DNA of 64,000 bases from Octopus sinensis (taxonomy: Eukaryota): the NCBI RefSeq assembly GCF_006345805.1, contig NC_042999.1, positions 139,128,001 through 139,192,000 of the forward strand, read 5' to 3'. Positions 1 to 13,156 of the stretch are shown one piece after another; within the stretch, counting starts at the first letter, position 1; every line of letters begins with the position of its first letter. The notes below the pieces were generated by a model that ran no database searches, was not told the DNA's origin, and saw nothing but the letters and a program-made list of their open reading frames with translations. Position numbers and translations under genes: made by a program.

Positions 1-150
1 ACAAACAAGTATAAAACTGGATTTCTTTATATCCTTTGGAAATTTCAAGTGGGTTTAGTAGTTTGAGTTTGCTTGCAAATCTCAAATCATGAAGAGTAGT
101 CAGAAATAACTGAATTAATTTATTAAATCAAATTTTTGCATTAATTTCAG

Positions 151-270
151 AATGGAATGTTAGCTGTAATTTTAATGAAAACACTTGCAATTATGATATT
201 GAAAATAATGATATAAATGGTGGCTGGAGAATTGAGAAGATATCTGGTCTGGAAGATCGTTCTAATTATG
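151..270 (+). CDS. Exon 1 in window: MAM domain A, N-half ([39 protein letters not shown])
   Basis: ttaatttcag acceptor, gtaatt donor, phase 1-1, CxF..C..W..D MAM start. Confidence 0.85.
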
Positions 271-1498
271 GTAATTATTCATGTTCTTGATATTTTTATT
301 TCAAGTAGAAATAATAAAATGTTAATCAATAGACACAATCATATCATACAAAACCATATTACTCTAAGTAAAGTACGTGGATGGCCGTAACTTTTGGAAG
401 AAAAGCTTGTAAAAATGACTGATGTGAAAGTTGAAGATTTGCAGCATTATAGGATAAATTGCTAGCTAAAGAATTATGTTTAAAAATTATAAGAACAACA
501 TTTATAGACTTGATCACTGTGGTAAATCCAACTAAAGCATCAAATCACTAAGCTAAATTTTAAAATTCTTTCTGTGATTCATTGCTGTTGTTAATGTATC
601 GGCGCACTTGTTGTCGTCATTCTCCACCTCCTCCTCCTGCTCCTCCCCCTCCTGTTCCTCCTGCCTCTTCTCCTTCTCCTGCTCCTGCTCCTCCTCCTCA
701 TCATTATCATCTGGAAGGTATGACAGGATACAATGGGTCCAAGGACTGCAATGTACACTACTTGTCTACATTGGTATGGTTTCTACAGCTGGATGCCCTT
801 CCTAATGTCAACCACTTTGCAATGTGTACTGGGTACCTTTTTCATATCTCCAGTATTAGTGAAGTTGCCATGCAGTTTGCAAGACTATGAACCACAAGAG
901 AGGATACTTTTGTGCTTGGAGGTGATGGGTTAAAGTATGAGAGAAGGAGCCAGAGCAGAACAAGGCCCTTTCTGTTGAGGGGTTACATGGCTACTCAAAT
1001 TTATGAAGAGAAGGTGCCAGTGATTGGATTGGAACTTGGAAGAAATAAAAATAGTGGAGATGAGGTGTCTTAAGTGAGTAGAAGTGAATGAGGATGGAAG
1101 AACTAGGAGTGTGGCTGAGTAGAAGTTGCAAAAGTGTATGGGAAAATGAGAGATGAGGAATGGGTGAGGTGGTGAATATAATGAATGAAGAACAAATGCT
1201 GAATGGGGGGATAAGTAGGGAAAGTAAGGAAGAGTAGGGGACAACTGTAGAGATTGGATTTAGGAGTAGAGAATGGTGGTTACAGAGCATGGAGGTGATC
1301 AATGATGCATGAAGGTAAAGAGTAGCAGAATAATGGTAATGATAGAGTAGACAGGGGTAAGATGAGGGGGCAGGAGAGAAAGAGAGTAAGAGATATATAA
1401 TAGTGGAGAAGGTGAGATAATTTGGTGGCACAGGGAAAGGTGAATGTAAAATGTGGGTGGCTAGTGAGAAAGATTTGTGGTATCAAGGAAAAGCTGCA

Positions 1499-1544
<46 letters not shown>

Positions 1545-1551
1545 TATATGC

Positions 1552-1585
<34 letters not shown>

Positions 1586-1592
1586 ATATATA

Positions 1593-1651
<59 letters not shown>

Positions 1652-4207
1652 ATGTATGTATATATATATATATATACACACAATTTTAATATTTTATAAG
1701 TCTTTGGTGTAATAATATTTTCCTTATGTAAATATCATTGTTTATGTAATGATCTAATTATTGTAATTTTCTATATTATTAGATATTAAATTTAAGTTTA
1801 TTCGTAAGATATTACTTAGCGATAGATTTGTTGTTTGATAGCAAGTATACGAGGTGTCTAAAGTTAGGCTTTTGTATATACATGTATTAATAGTATTAAT
1901 TGTAGTTTTAAATTTCTTACAATTAAAATTAGATAAACTTTGATAAACTTAGATATGTTTCGACTAAAGATTGGTCCAGGCCATGTCTAACTTAATAGCA
2001 TAACTTAGTTATTGTCTTTTTAAATTGATATTCGCTAGTTATTCCCATTGATAATTATATTTATAGTATTTATAGTATTTATTCGATACTATATAACTAC
2101 GAATTGATTATTTCTATAAGTATTTTTAATAAGATTTCCGAAAGTTCATTTAAGTTTGTTTGTTTGTATTTTTGAAATTAGACATTACATCTTTAAATAT
2201 GAAAAATTAATTTATTAGGTCTTTATTATATGTGCATATATATTTATTTATAGAGATTATTTTAGATATTAATCATAATATTTATATACATTTATATATT
2301 TTCATTGACAATTTATATATAATAGTCATTTAAAAAAAAAAAAAATTTATGTAATTAGATATAGACTATTACCGATATTAGATTATTGGTGGGTTTTTTT
2401 ACCTTATAAATTAAAATTAATATTTAACATTATAATAGATTTTGATATAATCATAATTGTTAAGTTTTAAGTTTCTAGTTTGATAATAGAGTTTATTATA
2501 AGTAAAATTATTATATTATTTATATCTTAAAAATATTGTTTAAATATTTCTGATTATTTTAAAAATATTTCAATTAACCTGAAGATTGACTGTAACCATA
2601 ACTCGAATTATTAATTGAATTTAAATTATTGCTATTCGAATTGGTACAGCCATGAAACGATCGTAGTGTTTTACTCTTTTATTAAACTTTTAATACTTTT
2701 GATATTTAAAAAAAAAAATAAATAAATTAATTAATTAATAAATAAAGTAATATATAAATATAAAAATATACATACATATATATATATATTTGTATATATA
2801 TATAAAATTTATAAGTTTAAATTATTTAAATAATTTTTTATTTTTAACTTTTATATTTTTAAATTAATTTTATGTATTGGCTTATGTTTTTCACTGTTTG
2901 ATTTGCCTAATAGTGGTTTTATCTCTAATTTAATATAATATATATATATATAAAACACTAAGTCCACTCTGCTGAGTGGTTGGTGTTAGGAAGGGCATCC
3001 AGATGTAAAAATCATACCAAAACAGTTGCAGAAGTCTGATGCAGGCTTCTACCTGGCTAACTCCTGTTAAACTGTCCCACCCATGCCAGCATGGAAAACA
3101 GATGTTAAACTATGATGAGGATGATGGTGATGCTGATATGTATATACGAGTGTATACACACACACAAAAATACATATGTACGACTGTATTTTAGATTGTT
3201 TTCTTATTTTTTTTAGAGAAACTGAAATATGTTTTTTGATTTTCAATTTATAATTGCTTAATTTAGAAGTTATTATATTCTGTAAAATGTATCTTAGCAA
3301 ATTGCTACCCATTTGTCAAGAAATAATGAAAGTGGGAATAATCATAACTTTTCTATCTGTTTTATAGGAGATTATTTGGTATTTCATAGTAACTACAATG
3401 CAGTGAATAGAAACTCCCTGATATCACCTTTCATTGATATTCCATTGTCGAATGCCAAAGTTACATTTTATTACTACATGCCTGGGATTGCAAATGGTGA
3501 GCTACAAGTACGGTTTGTGGAGGAAGGACTTGAAAAATGGTCTACTAAAACACCATATTTCTGGCAAGATTTTGGAGACCATGGAACTAAATGGCAATAT
3601 GGTTGCATGAATCTACCAAGTAAAAGAGGAAGAATCGTATTTATTGGCTTTTCTGGAAGGTCAAAAACTTCTAAAATGGCTCTTGATGATATTATCATTG
3701 CCGAAGGTCTTTGTCAGAGTAAGTAGATTTGATTTCTATCTTTACAAGTGATGTTTGGGTTTTACTTTCTCAAAGTATTTTATATCTGTGTTGTATTTTT
3801 TTGAAAATTTTCTCATATTTCATTTAAGTAAGTTTAATTCTTTCCTCAGATCTTTATACTTTCACTGCTAGGAAAACTTTGAAAATAGCTCTGTTTGCTC
3901 AGGGCTGACCCAGGCTTAACAACAATATATATCATCTATTCACAACGCATGTTTGTGCTTACATGTCTTTTGTGCTTATACTCTTTACTCTTTTACCTGT
4001 TTCAGTCATTTGACTGTGGCTATGCTGGAGCACCGCCTTTAGTCGAGCAAATCGATCCCAGGACTTATTCTTTGTAAGCCTGGTACTTATTCTATTGGTC
4101 TCTTTTGCCGAACTGCTAAGTTACAGGGATGTAAACACACCAGCATCGGTTGTCAAGCGATGTTGGTGGGGACAACCACAGACACAAAAACATACACACA
4201 CGCACGC

Positions 4208-4269
<62 letters not shown>

Positions 4270-7200
4270 TATGATGAGCTTCTTTCAGTTTCCGTCTACC
4301 AAATCCACTCACAAGGCTTTGGTCGACCTGAGGCTATAGTAGAAGACACTTGCCCAAGGTGCCAAGCAGTGGGACTGAACCCAGAACCATGTGGTTGATA
4401 AACAAGCTACTTACCACACAGCCACTCCATTTTGTCTGTCTTTATGTTCTGAGTTTAAATTTCACCAAGGTCGACCTTGCCTTTCATCTTTTCTGGGTTG
4501 ATAAATTAAGTACCAGTCAAGTGCTGGGGTCAATGTAATTGACTATCCCCCTCCCCACAAATTCCAGGCCTTGTGTCTATAGTAGAAAGGATTATTATTA
4601 TTAGTAGTAAGGCAGTGAGCAAGCAGAATTGTTAGCACACCGGGCAAAATGCTTAGTGGTGTTTTGTGTGCCTTCACGTTCTGAATTCAAATTTTGCCAA
4701 AGTCGACTTTACCTTTCATCCTTTCAGAGTTGATAAATTGAGTATCAGTGAAACACTGGGGTTGATGTAATCAACTAGTCCTCCCCTCACAAATTTGAGG
4801 CCTTGCGTCTTCAGCAGAAAAGATTATAATTATTATTATTAGCAGTAGTAGTTATATTGGTGGTGATGGTAATAGTAGAAGCAGTAGTGTATCATTATTT
4901 AATACTTGATATATATTGATAGATTTCAGTTCAATTTAATTTTTTATCATTGTTATTCTTTAGCCCCTAACGAAGCTTGGTTAAGTAACCCTATGTTCAA
5001 GATGTTCAGGCCATAGTCATCCCATCTTCTATTCAGACATTGATGCATGTTGAACTACATTATTCGATGTGTCTTTCATTTTCCTTGATAGTCAGGTGTG
5101 GTTTGAGGGAGATTTTTCTCCTACTTCTAGCCAGGTTGAGTGACTACATACAGGCTCTCACACTTGTGTAATGAGATTGACACTAGTAGAGATTGAATTT
5201 GCTTTTTATTTGTCCAGTGTTACTAAAATAAGTACCATTCGTATATTAGTTTGATCTAATCAACTGTTTGCAGCTTCAGAATTTGTGGCCTTCTGCCTAC
5301 ATAACAAATCAATGTATTGTCATTTGAACAATTAAAATTAAATTAAATTCAGTTGAAGAACATAAAACTTTTTAATGACACAGTTGTCATCATGTGTTTC
5401 ATTTATTTGCTTTTGTTTTTTCTGATTTAACTACATAACATTATTTCGTTTTTGGATTTGGTTTGCAAGATTCTTTATATGAGTTCGTGTGTTGAAGCAT
5501 ATTCTGTTGTGTCTAGGGAGAGTCATTTTATTTTTGTGCCTTACAATATAACACAACAGTACATAACATTATTTTTTTGCTAAAGTACATAGCAAAAGAG
5601 TTTGTGGGAAGAAACCACCTGTTTTTTTGAATACATAATATTATACATTTTTCAACAGGAACACCTTGGTGCATTCAATCATTTTCTAAATACTGAAACT
5701 TTTTTAAAATGAATTATGTATTATTAATGTGTAATCCTTATAGAGCGTGATGCAATTACTTCATACAAAAATTGTGATGATTAATGATGGTAATGATGGT
5801 AGTGGTGGTGGTGGTGATTGCTTGAGTGATATGTAAACAGTCTAAGAGTGAATGTGGATTTTGTGGTTGTTTTGTCATGGTTTGTTTTCCAGTTGCTAAT
5901 TTGAACAGCTCCTCCTGTAAACCTGTAGTTTTCTGCTAATTAGGTCTTCAGTGCCTGTTCATTCTCAAAACAGATCATTACCTGCACAGCCACAATATCC
6001 CACCTGCCAATACAACAGTTTGGTGTTGTCTTCTAGGAAATATACATGAAGTATATAAAAGAATATAAAAAGAGAAATATATGAAAATAAAAAATAAATA
6101 AAAAATATAAATAATATATATGTACATACACATTATTGGATGGTCGTTGACTATTCATGAGTTCTTCCACTCTTTGCTGGGGTTAAATCTTATTTTCTAT
6201 CAGGTACATGGACCCTGAAACAAGCACTTGAGAAGAAACTAGATAGTGCATGCACTAAAATACTTAGGGTTGTACAAAATATAAACTGGTAGATGGTAGG
6301 GATGGAGCAAATTCAATATTGCAAAGGACTAACTATTTTACAGTGCTTAGCTAAAATTCTCTGCATTTCATTTCAAATTACTATTGAAACAAAACAGATT
6401 TTCTTCCCTCTGGAGTTATAATAGGTAGGAGTCATACACTGAAGTCGAGCCATTCAGTTACAAACATCTTTAATAAATTTTGATAATTCTACCATTGTAA
6501 GAAAATGTTATTATTTTATATTGTAGCTGGGATCACAAATCATGTGTGCACCTTTGACAACCCATTACTTTGTAAATACATAATTACTTGTATGAACCCC
6601 ATTGAATACACGTGGAGAAGGATTATTGGAGGAACACCAACAAATGGAACAGGACCTGACACTGACAATTCAAATAGTAAAGATGGTAAATTGTTTTTGT
6701 TTTGGTTAACTTCTTTTTTAATGCAAAATTTATAATCCGATACATTTTATAATGGACTTTCTCTGTACAAAAAAAAAAAAAAAAAAATACAGGCTGAACA
6801 ACCAAACAAATGGTTACTGTTTTACTCTGTATCACATGGTATATAAAAGTAGCTGTATATAAAAGTAACAGTTTCATCTGTTCACTGGTATAACAGCAGG
6901 ATTATTGTAAAATTGATGAGTATTTTGTTTGTTTATGGCAAACTCTATGATCAATACTTTGTATGTGTATATAACTTAGAGAGGGAGAGAGACAGCTCTA
7001 TTTGATCAACTTAGTTCTTTATGATTATGAATTTAACTACTCCTTGTTGTAAATATAACAACCATAACTTAATATTTTATAGTTTATTGGCAGGTAATGA
7101 TGTTCAAATGGTAATATAACTGTTAAAATGTTACTATCATAATTTTTGAAATTTTTTGATAAAACTTTATAGTTCGGGTAAAAGCATTAGCCATATAAAA

Positions 7201-8185
7201 AGGTGAGTAGTCTATTACCAAGAGTGTAAATTAATTCATTAATTTCTCATCCAGCTGAGAAGGTTCTTGATCAGGTCAGGTCAGGTATAATCAGATATGC
7301 TGCTGCAATGCATTGATGCACATACCATTTGTTGGTATTTGTTTGGGTTGTACCAAGCAGTGTCCCAGTCAGTCCCCATCTCTGCAAGATACTACCTCAT
7401 CCACTATGACTTGTGTGTGGTCAACTAGCATAAGCCATCACCCCAGATGGATCTTCAGAGAAGAGAACACAGTATGCAGAATCCAGTATACATATACATA
7501 TATGAAAATTTTGTTAATACATACCTACGTACATACATACATACATACACATACATACATACACATACATACATACACATACATACATACATACATACAT
7601 ACATATGACGCTAATTGATGATGATGATGATATATATATATATATGAACATTCAATAAATAATAATTATTACAAGGTTAAAGCTGATAAACAATCACAGT
7701 GTATTGGCTAAAGAAAATAGTCTAATAGTGGGGCATATAAGCTCTCGATGGCAAAAAGTAGGTATTAGTATACATGGAAACATATTAATGTTAACATGCT
7801 GCCCCCTCAAAATAAGGGTAGATGAATATTGCAAAGCTGTGACATGAGGAGATATTAATAAATTGGGTATAGCTGATCATGTGTGGAAAAATGGAGACCA
7901 CCTCCCCCTGTGGGATGAAGTTAAAATAATAGACAGAGAATACCACTGAAAAAGACGAAAACTAAAAGAAGCAGCGCAACAACCTCCTAAGCAGACACAA
8001 CAACCTCCTAAGCATACTGCGCACAGATATGAGCAGCATATGGGAACTGGTATTAAGGAAGGATAGGAAAATATTAGATTTATAAGCTCTAAAATTGACT
8101 CCATAATTGCCCACAGGCATATGGCATAGTGGTTAAGAGTATGGGCTACTAACCCCAAAATTCCCAGTTAGATTCCAGGCAGTGG

Positions 8186-8221
<36 letters not shown>

Positions 8222-9763
8222 TGATGATGACATCGAAAAATACCTTAGGAATGAGAACCCAGGTTCGAAATTTCCTCAAGACACCAGATGTGGCTGGAGG
8301 GTATATCAGCTGAAACGTGTTAACAACAAACAAGATGAGGACAAATATTCGTCAAATGTAAATAATGTACATAATAGCTCATCTCTTAAATATAAAACTG
8401 TAATATTAATGTTTGTTTTTATGTCATAATAACAACTATTTTACTTTAATTTGAAGGATTACTCAATACATTTGGTAGGGTATAAATTTATTATTTTTTA
8501 ACAAGAATAGTATTGATAGTGACATTGAAATTTTGGCCAGTTAAGCCATCAGTGGACTGTAATGAATATTTTCTAGAATCTGACCAACAACTTTAAACCT
8601 ACCTACATACTCTTGCGAACATTAAAACATTTGACTTAAACATTTTCCATGCTAGCAACACTGTGACATGCTTAAGTGATAACCAACACACCTCTCAATA
8701 TAAACAGGCAAAAAAAACTATAAAGAGTACCAACCTGCTAACTCATGTAACAAATGTTATAACAAATGTGATAAAGAGATCAAATTCAACCAAATTCATC
8801 AAGAAAACTCAATAATCATATTTTCCTTTGTTTTGTTTTCCTTTTTTTAATAATTGCTTGAAAATTAAATTATTCTCAGTTTAAGTGTGTATATTTTAAT
8901 ATATTAAAAATTTAGTTACCATTTAAAATTTCATGTTAACAATGTTGTTTGTTCCTTCTTGAGCCATGCCTGGCTCATAAGGTTTCCCGGTTTCATTAGT
9001 ATATAGTTTCCCTACCTGAATGCCTGAATGGGATGCCAGTCCATCACAGGTGAGCTACTAGATGCAGGAGGAAAGGGTGAAAGGAAGTTGTAATGAAAGC
9101 GTGAGCAGAAGTTTGCCATTACCATCTGTCGGAGCCGCATGGAGCTTCGGTTTTGCACTCATAAACACACACATCACTTGGTCTGAGATTCAAACCCACA
9201 ATTCCTTGACTGGAAGTGCACTGCTCTAACCACTTGGCCATGGGCTTCCACTTCTGTTAATAATAGAAAACATTAAATGTAAAATATTTCTTATATATAT
9301 GTTGATCTTTAAATTTAACATTCAGAAATATTGTCTAAATTGTTAATAAATTACTTGTGAATCAATTATTCCATATTTTGTTTTTATAGGATTCTATATC
9401 TATGCAGAATCTTCTTATGGAAAGCCTAATGATACTGCAGAGTTGAAGTTTCCAGTTTCTAATGTCAAAGAAAAAAGTCTGAAGTTTGCTTATAGTATGC
9501 ATGGAAGTGGAATTGGACAATTATATGTAAAATTTAAAAATAAATCTGATGAGAAAATAGTATGGAGAATGAAAGGAGACCAAGGATTATATTGGTACGA
9601 AGTGTGTTTATTTATTGAATATGACATAAATGATATCGTCTTCATTGCTGAAAGAGGAGACTCCTACCTGGGAGACATTGCAATAGATAGTGTCTCTGTT
9701 GAAATGAAAGCATGCCCTGGTAATACTTAAATATTTTGTCTTTACATGTATATGTATATATAG

Positions 9764-9799
<36 letters not shown>

Positions 9800-11812
9800 G
9801 TCTTGCTTGACATTGTGTAATACTTGTAAATGTATGTCACTATCATGCAAGCATTGTCCTTAGTTTCCAATCTTCTGTGAAAAAAATGTCTTGCCATGAG
9901 GGAATATTACTTTACTTGGAAACAGATGAGGGTTGGTAAGAGGAAGGACATATGACCATAAAAATTCTACCTCCATAAATTCCATTTGCCCCATACAAGC
10001 ATGGATAAATGAACATAAAAATGATGATGATGATAAATATTAAGTTCAGTTATTATCATTTTGTATAGTTTGGTGAGCTGTAAGCTTAATCATGTTGACT
10101 TGTTCTAAATACACTACATGTAGTTGAAGTCTTCAAGTGGGGCTTTCCAGATCTAATGACTTAAGAGACCTACATATATAGCTGGCTTTAGATATAACTT
10201 ACCATTACCAGTTAATTGTCCAAAATTGCTATGTAGATATTAAAAATATAACAGTCTCCCTTTATTTTCTCTAGCTTATGCATATGTAAAACCTCAAAAG
10301 GGATTAGAATGGTTAGTCTATGGACTTCATAGGAAAATGTTCAGGATCAGATGAGAGAAATTGTAACAATCAAAACTGAAATTAAAGTCCAGAATTCTAA
10401 TGGCAGTTGTCTACACTTTTACTACATTTATGGTATATTATATTCTTTGTTATAGGAGTATTGAAAATAGATTTAATTCCCTATATTGCTGGTATTACTT
10501 TATTGATTCTGGAAGGACATACAGCTTATCTGCCAATAGTAGAATATGAAATTGGTACCATGGCATGAACAGTCTTTGTTACTCAAAACTATCATGTTGC
10601 TTACAATTTCCACCCAGCATCCCCTCTCTGCTATCTTTCACCAAGATTACTTTAATTAAATCCTCTTTACCAGAGAACCAACATTCTGAAATTATTTCTT
10701 TTCATGGAAGAAATTCTCTTCATGAAGAAGAAATGTTGCTATCTAATCTCACCAATCTCAGAGGAGGAGCAAAGATCATAAAGACTTCCACGCATATTGA
10801 CTAAGCCGTAAAAAAATATAGATTCTAAATATCAGAAGTCTTCTTGCTTCTGTTAGCTATGCTACTTTTACTAACATAATTTTGTTATTTGATACTGAAA
10901 ATTTTAATTTCAGTATGTTGTGATAAATGTTATATATTTTGAAAATAAGAAATCTGGAATCCAAAATATACTTTCCTGGGGATTCTGTGAATGTGTATTC
11001 AATGTTAAGCTTGTACAAATAGTTTCCACACTGAATATAGTATTCACATATTTTTTTTAAATATAGAAGAATAAACCCTAGTCTTGCAGGGTCGTGGGTG
11101 CTGGTGCCAGGTAAAATTACCTCTGCTGGTGCTATGTAAAAACACCCATGTTTGTGCCACATAAAAGCATCGTACACTCCAAAAAATGGTTGGCATTAAG
11201 AAGAGCATCCAGTCATAGAAACCATGCCAAAGCAGACAAATGGATGCTGGGCAGCTCTCCAGCTGGCTGGCTTCTGTCAAACCACCCAGTCCATGCCTGC
11301 ATTGGGAACAAATGTTAAAAGGTGATGAGGAGAAGGATGAAATATTTTTAAACCTTGCAGTAGCTGTATTTCACTCAGCCTGGATGGAGAAGGAGAACAA
11401 TACTTTTCTCTAATATAAATTAAACAAATCAAATGTTTTACTATAGCAAGCAAAATTTCATAAGAATTTAGCCCATCTGAATTCTCTGCAAAATAGTTCT
11501 TGTGAATGTGTATCTAAATCTTCTCATATAAATTTTTTATAAATTGTTGCAGGACCCTTTGATTGTGATTTTGAAGATGGAATATGCAACTATAAAGTAT
11601 CCAATACTAGTCATTTATGGAAAATTAAGAACCAAAATCCAGATTCCGGTGGTAATTTAGCTCACTTTTCATTAATTCAGCAGAGATGTGTATATAAACA
11701 TGCAACCATACACATACATGATACACACATACAGATACATACTTACAGATACATGCATATATACAAACGTAGATATACACACACTTATATATATGTATAT
11801 ATGCAAATTATG

Positions 11813-11865
<53 letters not shown>

Positions 11866-12393
11866 TAATAATATTAGGGAGCATAACTCCAAACTTACAG
11901 GGAAAAATTCAATTTAGTATTAAATCAAATTTCACAGTATAAATACATAAAATATAAAATATGAATTAGAGATAAAACCACTATGATGCAACTCAAACAG
12001 TGATAGACATAAACCAATGCATAAATAACAAATAATAAATGGTATATATAATTAATATAATATATAATATATATATATATATTTTTCAAAAAGTATAAAA
12101 TGAATGATAAATATAAGTAAAAACACTACGTACATTTCATGGCTATAATTAAATTCGAATTACAATTAAGTTTAAATTCAATTGAAATAAATTCGAATTA
12201 AAATTATAGTCAATCTTCAGGTTAATGATAATGGTTAAATAAATAAGCAAATAGAGTTTAAAAATATTTATTTAAGAAATAAATAGAATAATAATTTTTC
12301 TTATAGAAAAAACTCCATTTTCTAAATTAGAAACTTAGAACATTAGGATTATTTCCTACAACACATTTATTATGATAAATATTTATAACATAT

Positions 12394-12425
<32 letters not shown>

Positions 12426-13090
12426 ATATATATATATATAATATTAATAATAATATTAGGGAGCATAACTCCAAACTTACAGGGAAAAATTCAATTTAGT
12501 ATTAAATCAAATTTCACAGTATAAATACATAAAATATAAAATATGAATTAGAGATAAAACCACTATGATGCAACTCAAACAGTGATAGACATAAACCAAT
12601 GCATAAATAACAAATAATAAATGGTATATATAATTAATATAATATATAATATATATATATATATTTTTCAAAAAGTATAAAATGAATGATAAATATAAGT
12701 AAAAACACTACGTACATTTCATGGCTATAATTAAATTCGAATTACAATTAAGTTTAAATTCAATTGAAATAAATTCGAATTAAAATTATAGTCAATCTTC
12801 AGGTTAATGATAATGGTTAAATAAATAAGCAAATAGAGTTTAAAAATATTTATTTAAGAAATAAATAGAATAATAATTTTTCTTATAGAAAAAACTCCAT
12901 TTTCTAAATTAGAAACTTAGAACATTAGGATTATTTCCTACAACACATTTATTATGATAAATATTTATAACATATATATATATATATATATATTATATTA
13001 ATTATATATATTATTTATTATTTGTTATATATGTACTGGTTTATGTCTATCACTGTTTGAGTTGCATCATGGTGGTTTTATCTCTAATTC

Positions 13091-13156
<66 letters not shown>

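Larger units (their letters stand above)
11860..12972 (-). repeat. Tandem duplication of a 582-bp Penelope pseudo-LTR-like unit, bounded by (TA)n
   Basis: tagggagcataac at 11875 and 12457; ttataaca ends at 12390 and 12972; same 582 offset at both ends; no differences seen by eye. Confidence 0.92.

Noticed and set aside
582-890. Pro/Ser-rich 102-aa ORF
   Set aside because: (CTC)n low-complexity tract fused to an RTE-type tail on the opposite strand.
1280-1699. [12 protein letters not shown]-type ORFs here and at 4.1, 11.7, 13.1, 32.9-33.4, 57-58 and 62-63 kb
   Set aside because: Translations of (TA)n, (CA)n, (CATA)n, (ATCT)n and (AAT)n microsatellites; not genes.
8116-8185. tRNA-like sequences here and at SINE heads (26641, 38459, 4609)
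   Set aside because: No complete cloverleaf or acceptor stem; they are tRNA-derived repeat heads, not tRNA genes.
9546-9552. CTGATGA matches at 9546 (exon 4) and near 30147
   Set aside because: No stem II or GAAA-stem III-UH downstream; chance matches.
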